Part shown: piece by piece, positions 55,520-64,000 of the stretch
Position numbering within the stretch: position 1 is the first letter of the stretch
Layout: each line of letters begins with the position of its first letter
Assembly: GCF_009914755.1 (NCBI RefSeq)
Contig: NC_060933.1
Origin: the human T2T-CHM13v2.0 reference genome, Homo sapiens
DNA length: 64,000 nucleotides
Direction: 5' to 3' (one strand)
The notes under the pieces: generated by a model
Database searches by the model: none
Seen by the model: the letters and a program-made list of their open reading frames with translations, nothing else
Told to the model about the DNA's origin: nothing
Program-made: the position numbers and the translations under genes

Positions 55520-58500
55520 AACGCAATCGAATGGAATGGAATGGTATGGAATAGAATGGAATGGAAAGAAATGGAATGCAATGGAATGGAATGGAATGGA
55601 ATGGAATGGAATGGAATGGAATCGTTCCGAGTGGAATAGGAGGGAATGTATTCGAGTGGATTGGAAAGGAATGGAATCAACCAGAGTGGAATGGAAGGGA
55701 ATGGAATGGAATGGAAACTAATAGAATGGAATCAACCCGAGTGGAATGGAATGGAAAGGACTGGAATGGAATGGAATGGAATGGAATGAAATGGAATCAA
55801 CTCGATTGTAATGGAATGGAATGTAATGGAATGGAATGGAATGGAATGGAATGGAATGGAATTAACCCAAATACAATGGAATGGAATGGAATGGAACGGA
55901 ATGGAGTGGAATGGAATGGAATCAACCCGAGTGCAGGGGAATGGAATGGAATGGAATGCAATGGAATGGAATCATCCGGAATGGAATGGAATGGAATGGA
56001 ATGCAAAGCAATGGAATCAACTCGATTGCAATGGAATGGAATGGACTGGAAAGGAATACATTGGAATCAACCCGAGTGGAATGGAATGGAAATGACTGGA
56101 ATGGAGTGGAATGGAATGGAATGGAATGGAATGGAATCAACTCGATTGGAATGGAATGGAATGGAATGGAATGGAATGGAATTAACCCGAATAGAATGGA
56201 ATGGAATTAAATGGAACGGAGCGGAATGAAATGGAATGGAAGGGAATGGAATGGAATGGAATGGAATCAACCCGACTGCAGGGGAATGGAATGGAATGGA
56301 ATGCAATGGAATGGATTCAACTTGAATGGAATGGAAAGAATGGAATCAACACGAGTAGAATGGCATGGATTGGAATGGAATGGAATGGAATGAACCCGAG
56401 TACAGGGGAATGGAATGGAATGGAATGCAATGGAATGGAATCATCCGTAATGGAATGGAAAGGAATGGAATGGAATGGAAGGGAATGGAATGGAATGGAA
56501 TGTAATCAACTCGATTGCAATCGAATGGAATGGAATGGAATTAACCTGAATAGAATGGAATGGAATGGAATGGAATGGAACGGAATCAACCCGAGTGCAA
56601 TGGAATGGAGTGGAATGGAATGGAATGGAATGGAACAACCCTAATGGAATGGAATGTAATGGAGAGTAAGGGAGTTGAATAGAATCATTCCGAATATAAT
56701 GGAATGGAATGGAACGGAATGGAATGGAATGGAATGGAATGGAATGGAATGGAATCAACAAGAGTGCAATCGAATGGAATCGAATGGAATGCAATGCAAT
56801 GGACTGGATTCAACTTGAATGGAATGGAAAGAATGGAATCAACACGAGTGGAATGGCATGGATTGGAATGGAATGGAATGGAATCAACCCGAGTACAGGG
56901 GAATGGAATGGAATGGAATGCAATGGAATGGAATCATCCGTAATGGAATGGAAAGGAATGGAATGGAATGGAATGGAATGGAATGGAATGGAATCAACTC
57001 GATTGCAATCGAATGGAATGGAATGGAATTACCCGAATAGAATGGAAAGGAATGGAATGGAACGGAACGGAATGGAATGGAATGGAATGGAATGGAATGG
57101 AACGGAACGGAACGGAACGGAATGGAATGGAATGGATTGGAATGGAATGGAATCAACGCGAGTGTAGGGGAATGGAATGGAATGGAATGCAATGGAATGG
57201 AATCTTTCGGAATGGAATGGAATGGAATGGAATGGAATGAAATGCAATGGACTCAACTCGATTGCAATGGAATGGAATGGAATGGAATGGAATGGAATGG
57301 AATGGAATTAACCCGAATAGAATGGAATGGAATGGAATGGAAAGGAATGGAACGGAATGGAATGGAATGGAATAGAATGGAATGGAATGGAATGGTATGG
57401 AATGGAATGGAATAGTACGGAATAGAATGGAATGGAACGAATTGTAATGGAATGGAACTGAATGGAATGGAATGGAATGGAATGGAATCAACGCGAGTGC
57501 AGGGGAATGTAATGGAACGGAATGCAATGGAATGGAATCATCCGGAATGGAATGGAATGGAATGGAATGGAATGCAATGGAATGGAATCAACCCGAGTAC
57601 AATGGAATGGAATGGAATGGAATGGAATGGAATGGAATGCAATGGAATGGAATGGAATGGAATTGAATGGATTGGAATGCCTTCAAACCGAATGGAATGG
57701 AAAGGAATGCAATCAACACGAGTGGAATGGAATGGAATGGAAAGGAATGGAATGGAATGGAATGGTACGGAATAGAATGGAATGGAACGAAATGGAATGG
57801 AATGGAATGGAATAGAATGGAATCGTTCAGAGTGGAATAGGAGGGAACGTATTCGAGTGGAATGGAAAGGAATGGAATCAACCAGAGTGGAATGGAAGGG
57901 AATGGAATGGAATGGAAACTAATAGAATGGAATCAACCCGAGTGGAATGGAATGGAAATGACTGGAATGGAATGGAATGGAATGGAATGGAATGGAATGG
58001 AATGGAATCAACTCGATTGTAATGGATTGGAATGGAATGGAATTGAATGGAATGGAATGGAATTAACCCGAAGAAAACGGAATGGAATGGAATGGAACGG
58101 AATGGAGTGGAATGGAATGGAATCAACCCGAGTGCAGGGGAATGGAATGGAATGGAATGCAATGGAATGGAATCATCCGGAATGGAATGGAATGGAATGG
58201 AATGCAAAGCAATGGAATCAACTCGATTGCAATGGAATGGAATGGAATGGAAAGGAATACATTGGAATCAACCCGAGTGGAATGGAATGGAAAGGACTGG
58301 AATGGAGTGGAATGGAATGGAATGGAATGGAATGCAATCGAATGGAATGGAATGGTATGGAATAGAATGGAATGGAAAGAAATGGAATGCAATGGAATGG
58401 AATGGAATGGAATGGAATGGAATGGAATCGTTCCGAGTGGAATAGGAGGGAATGTATTCGAGTGGATTGGAAAGGAATGGAATCAACCAGAGTGGAATGG

Positions 58501-61150
58501 AAGGGAATGGAATGGAATGGAAACTAATAGAATGGAATCAACCCGAGTGGAATGGAATGGAAAGGACTGGAATGGAATGGAATAGAATGGAATGAAATGG
58601 AATCAACTCGATTGTAATGGAATGGAATGGAATGGAATGAAATGGAATGGAATGGAATGGAATGGAATTAACCCAAATACAATGGAATGGAATGGAATGG
58701 AACGGAATGGAGTGGAATGGAATGGAATCAACCCGAGTGCAGGGGAATGGAATGGAATGGAATGCAATGGAATGGAATCATCCGGAATGGAATGGAATGG
58801 AATGGAATGCAAAGCAATGGAATCAACTCGATTGCAATGGAATGGAATGGACTGGAAAGGAATACATTGGAATCAACCCGAGTGGAATGGAATGGAAATG
58901 ACTGGAATGGAGTGGAATGGAATGGAATGGAATGGAATGGAATCAACTCGATTGGAATGGAATGGAATGGAATGGAATGGAATGGAATGGAATGGAATGG
59001 AATTAACCCGAATAGAATGGAATGGAATTAAATGGAACGGAACGGAATAAAATGGAATGGAAGGGAATGGAGTGGAATGGAATGGAATCAACCCGACTGC
59101 AGGGGAATGGAATGGAATGGAATGCAATGGAATGGATTCAACTTGAATGGAATGGAAAGAATGGAATCAACACGAGTAGAATGGCATGGATTGGAATGGA
59201 ATGGAATGGAATGAACCCGAGTACAGGGGAATGGAATGGAATGGAATGCAATGGAATGGAATCATCCGTAATGGAATGGAAAGGAATGGAATGGAATGGA
59301 AGGGAATGGAATGGAATGGAATGGAATCAACTCGATTGCAATCGAATGGAATGGAATGGAATTAACCTGAATAGAATGGAATGGAATGGAATGGAATGGA
59401 ACGGAATCAACCCGAGTGCAATGGAATGGAGTGGAATGGAATGGAATGGAATGGAACAACCCTAATGGAATGGAATGTAATGGAGAGTAAGGGAGTTGAA
59501 TAGAATCATTCCGAATGTAATGGAATGGAATGGAACGGAATGGAATGGAATGGAATGGAATGGAATGGAATGGAATCAACAAGAGTGCAATCGAATGGAA
59601 TCGAATGGAATGCAATGCAATGGAATGGATTCAACTTGAATGGAATGGAAAGAATGGAATCAACACGAGTGGAATGGCATGGATTGGAATGGAATGGAAT
59701 GGAATCAACCCGAGTACAGGGGAATGGAATGCAATGGAATGCAATGGAATGGAATCATCCGTAATGGAATGGAAAGGAATGGAATGGAATGGAATGGAAT
59801 GGAATGGAATGGAATGGAATCAACTCGATTGCAATCGAATGGAATGGAATGGAATTACCCGAATAGAATGGAAAGGAATGGAATGGAACGGAACGGAATG
59901 GAATGGAATGGAGTGGAATGGAATGGAACGGAACGGAACGGAACGGAATGGAATGGAATGGATTGGAATGGAATGGAATCAACGCGAGTGTAGGGGAATG
60001 GAATGGAATGGAATGCAATGGAATGGAATCTTCCGGAATGGAATGGAATGGAATGGAATGAAATGCAATGGACTCAACTCGATTGCAATGGAATGGAATA
60101 GAATGGAATAGAATGGATTGGAATGGAATTAACCCGAATAGAATGGAATGGAATGGAATGGAAAGGAATGGAACGGAAAGGAATGGAATGGAATAGAATG
60201 GAATGGAATGGAATGGTATGGAATGGAATGGAATAGTACGGAATGGAATGGAATGGAATGAATTGTAATGGAATGGAACTGAATGGAATGGAATGGAATG
60301 GAATGGAATCAACGCTAGTGCAGGGGAATGTAATGGAAAGGAATGCAATGGAATGGAATCATCCGGAATGGAATGGAATGGAATGGAATGGAATGCAATG
60401 GAATGGATTCAACCCGAGTACAATGGAATGGAATGGAATGGAATGGAATGGAATGGAATGGAATGCAATGGAATGGAATGGAATGGAATTGAATGGATCG
60501 GAATGCCTTCAAACCGAATGGAATGGAAAGGAATGCAATCAACACGAGTGGAATGGAATGGAATGGAAAGGAATGGAATGGAATGGAATGGTACGGAATA
60601 GAATGGAATGGAACGAAATGGAATGGAATGGAATGGAATAGAATGGAATCGTTCAGAGTGGAATAGGAGGGAACGTATTCGAGTGGAATGGAAAGGAATG
60701 GAATCAACCAGAGTGGAATGGAAGGGAATGGAATGGAATGGAAACTAATAGAATGGAATCAACCCGAGTGGAATGGAATGGAAATGACTGGAATGGAATG
60801 GAATGGAATGGAATGGAATGGAATGGAATGGAATCAACTCGATTGTAATGGATTGGAATGGAATGGAATTGAATGCAATAGAATGGAATTAACCCGAATA
60901 AAACGGAATGGAATGGAATGGAACGGAATGGAGTGGAATGGAATGGAATCAACCCGAGTGCAGGGGAATGGAATGGAATGGAATGCAATGGAATGGAATC
61001 ATCCGGAATGGAATGGAATGGAATGGAATGCAAAGCAATGGAATCAACTCGATTGCAATGGAATGGAATGGAATGGAAAGGAATACATTGGAATCAACCC
61101 GAGTGGAATGGAATGGAAAGGACTGGAATGGAGTGGAATGGAATGGAATG
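55520..61150 (+). repeat. Head-to-tail tandem duplication, unit ~2.81-2.83 kb (junction ~58330)
   Basis: ORF offsets of 2806/2821/2826; private variants GAGTGGATTGG, CGAGTAGAATGGC, CAACCCTAAT, GAATTACCCG, GAGTGTAGGGG, GGACTCAAC and ATAGTACGG each appear twice. Confidence 0.92.
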
Positions 61151-61334
61151 GAATGGAATGGAATCAACTCGATTGGAATGGAATGGAATGGAATGGAATG
61201 GAATGGAATGGAATGGAATGGAATTAACCCGAATAGAATGGAATGGAATTAAATGGAAAGGAACGGAATGGAATGGAATGGAATGGAATGGAATGGAATC
61301 AACCCGACAGAAGGGGAATGGAATGGAATGGAAT

Positions 61335-61955
61335 GCAATGGAATGGAATCAACCCGAGTACAATGGAATGGAATGGAATGGAATGGAATGGAATGGAATG
61401 GAATGGAATTGAATGGATTGGAATGCCTTCAAACCGAATGGAATGGAAAGGAATGGAATCAACACGAGTGGAATGGAATGGAATGGAAAGGAATGGAATG
61501 GAATGGAATGGTACGGAATAGAATGGAATGGAACGAAATGGAATGGAATGGAATGGAATAGAATGGAATCGTTCAGAGTGGAATAGGAGGGAACGTATTC
61601 GAGTGGAATTGAAAGGAATCGAATCAACCAGAGTGGAATGGAAGGGAATGGAAAGGAATGGAAACTAATAGAATGGAATCAATCCGAGTGGAATGGAATG
61701 GAAATGACTGGAATGGAATGGAATGGAATGGAATGGAATGGAATGGAATGGAATGGAATCAACTCGATTGTAATGGATTGGAATGGAATGGAATTGAATG
61801 GAATGGAATGGAATTAACCCGAATAAAAAGGAATGGAATGGAATGGAACGGAATGGAGTGGAATGGAATGGAATCAACCCGAGTGCAGGGGAATGGAATG
61901 GAATGGAATGCAATGGAATGGAATCATCCGGAATGGAATGGAATGGAATGGAATG
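61335..61955 (+). repeat. Partial third copy of the distal part of the 2.8-kb unit
   Basis: CGTTCAGAG, GGAACGTATTCG, GAAATGACTGG and GTAATGGATTGG are shared with ~57580-58200 and ~60400-61030. Confidence 0.82.
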
Positions 61956-63100
61956 CAATCAACCTGATGCAATGGAATGGAGTGGAATGGAATGGAATGG
62001 AATGGAAACATCCCGAATGGAATGGAATGTAATGGAGTGTAAGGGAATTGAATAGAATCAATCCGAATGTAATGGAACGGAATGGAATGAAATGGAATGG
62101 AATGGAATGGAATGGAATCAACCCGAGTGCAATGGAATGGATTCGAATGGAATGGAATGGAATGGAATGGAATCAACTCGATTGGAATGGAATGGAATGG
62201 AATGGAATGGAATGGAATGGAATTAACCCGACTGCAGGGGAATGGAATGGAATGGAATGGAATGGAATGGAATCATCCGGAACGGAATGGACTGGAATGG
62301 AATGGAATCAACTCGATTGCAATGGAATGGAATGGAATGGAATTTAATCGAATGGAATGGAATGGAATTAACCGGAATAGAATGGAATGGAATGGAATGG
62401 AACGGAATGGAATGGAATGGAATGGAATGGAATGGAATGGAATGGAATCAACCCGAGTGCAGGGGAATGGAATGGAATGGAATGCAATGGAATGGAATCA
62501 TCCGGAATGGAATGGAATGGAATGGAATGCAATCAACCTGATGCAATGGAATGGAGTGGAATGGAATGGAATGGAATGGAAAAATCCCGAATGGAATGCA
62601 ATGTAATGGAGTGTAAGGGAATTGAATAGAATCAATCCGAATGTAATGGAATGGAATGGAATGAAATGGAATGGAATGGAATGGAATGGAATCAACCCGA
62701 GTGCAATGGAATGGATTCGAATGGAATGGAATGGAATGGAATGGATTCAACAAGAATGGAATGGAAAGGAATGGAATCAATCCGAGTGTAATGGCATGGA
62801 ATGGAACGGAATGGAATGGGATGGAATGGAATGGTATGGAATAGAATGGAATAGAATGAAATGGAATGGAATGGAATGGAATGGAATGGAATGGAATGAA
62901 CCCGTGTGCAATGGAATGGAATGGAATGGAATGGAATGCATTCAACTCGAATGGAATCAACTCGATTGCAATGGAATGGAATGGAATTGAAAGGAATAGA
63001 ATGGAATCAACACGAGTGGAATGGAATGGAAAGGACTGGAATGGAGTGGAATGGAATGGAATGGAATTAACACGAATAGAATGAAATGGAACGGAATGGA
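61910..63100 (+). repeat. Satellite block paralogous to ~4440-5690
   Basis: CAACCTGAT at 61960 and 62534; ORF offsets of 57472/57412/57417. Confidence 0.8.
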
Positions 63101-63880
63101 ATGGAATGAAATGGAATGCAATGGAAAGGAATCATCCCGAATGGAATGGAATGGAATGGAATGGAATGGAATGGAACAACCCGAATGGAATCGAATGTAA
63201 TGGAGAGTACGGGAGTTGAATAGAATCAATCCGAATGTAATGGAATGGAATGGAACGGAATGGAATTGAATGGAATGGAATGGAATGCAATGGAATGGAA
63301 TCAACCTGAGTGTAATGGAATGGAGAGGAATGGAATGGAATGGAATGGAAACTACCCGAATGGAATGGAATGTAATGGAGTGTAAGGGAATTGAATAGAA
63401 TCAATCCGAATGGAATGGAGTGGAATGGAACGGAATGGAATGGAATGGAATGGAATGGAATGCAATGGAATGGAATCACCCCGAGTGCAATCGAATGGAA
63501 TCGAATGGAATGGAATGCAATGGAATGGATTCAACTTGAATGGAATGGAAAGAATGGAATCAACACGAGTGGAATGGCATGGATTGGAATGGAATGGAAT
63601 GGAATCAACCCGAGTACAGGGGAATGGAATGGAATGGAATGCAATGGAATGGAATCATCCGTAATGGAATGGAAAGGAATGGAATGGAATGGAATGGAAT
63701 CAACTCGATTGCAATCGAATGGAATGGAATGGAATTAACCCAAATAGAATGGAATGGAATGGAATGGAACGGAACGGAATGGAATCGAATGGAATGGAAT
63801 GGAACGGAACGGAACGGAATGGAATGGAATGGAATGGAATGGAATCAACGCGAGTGCAGGGGAATGGAATGCAATGGAAT

Positions 63881-63895
63881 GGAATCTTCCGGAAT
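63881..63895. promoter_or_regulatory. Canonical heat-shock element; last copy in the window
   Basis: GGAATCTTCCGGAAT, in the same module context (downstream of CAACGCGAGTGCAGGGG) as nearly all other copies. Confidence 0.5.
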
Positions 63896-64000
63896 GGAAT
63901 GGAATGGAATGGAATGGAAAGAAATGCAATGGATTCAACTCGATTGCAATGGAATGGAATAGAATGGAATGGAATGGAATGGAATGGAATTAACCCGAAT

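Larger units (their letters stand above)
1..64000 (+). repeat. Human satellite III (HSat3) pericentromeric array, (GGAAT)n with CAACCCGAGT-type interruptions
   Basis: GGAAT pentamer runs across the entire window, interrupted by CAACCCGA(G/A)T, CAACTCGATT and TAACCCGAAT decamers, the classical satellite III organisation. The pure pentamer runs are too long for HSat2. Single orientation throughout. Confidence 0.97.

Noticed and set aside
1-64000. Strand inversion, or Alu/L1/other insertion
   Set aside because: The + strand stays GGAAT-oriented throughout; there are no poly-A tails, target-site duplications or non-satellite stretches.
1-64000. G-quadruplex or telomeric repeat
   Set aside because: The sequence is mostly GG dinucleotides with isolated GGG/GGGG runs, and there are no TTAGGG arrays.
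1-64000. Single strict higher-order period
   Set aside because: Observed offsets (85, 634, 1577, 2821, 3170, 4609, 6239, 6848, 7274, 57412) share no common unit.

Overview
The whole 64-kb window is one uninterrupted block of (GGAAT)n/(CATTC)n satellite of the human satellite III (HSat3) type, with the G-rich strand on +. I saw no inversion, transposon, RNA gene or unique sequence. All listed ORFs are translations of the pentamer repeat (poly-MEWNG / poly-IPFHS) and are not called as genes. The pentamer tracts are punctuated by a limited set of variant motifs (CAACCCGAGT, CAACTCGATT, TAACCCGAAT, CATCCGG, CTTCCGG and others) in a conserved order, suggesting a degenerate ancestral unit of about 3 kb. 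Layered on this are younger duplications: an 85/170-bp nested repeat present twice, 1.58-kb and 2.8-kb tandem duplications, a ~4.5-kb duplication with a ~0.6-kb deletion, and a ~57.4-kb long-range paralogy. The most function-suggestive observation is about 35 perfect three-unit heat-shock elements (GGAATCTTCCGGAAT). I found no evidence of a novel protein-coding or CRISPR-like system. Boundaries and counts were read by eye or from ORF-track offsets and are approximate.
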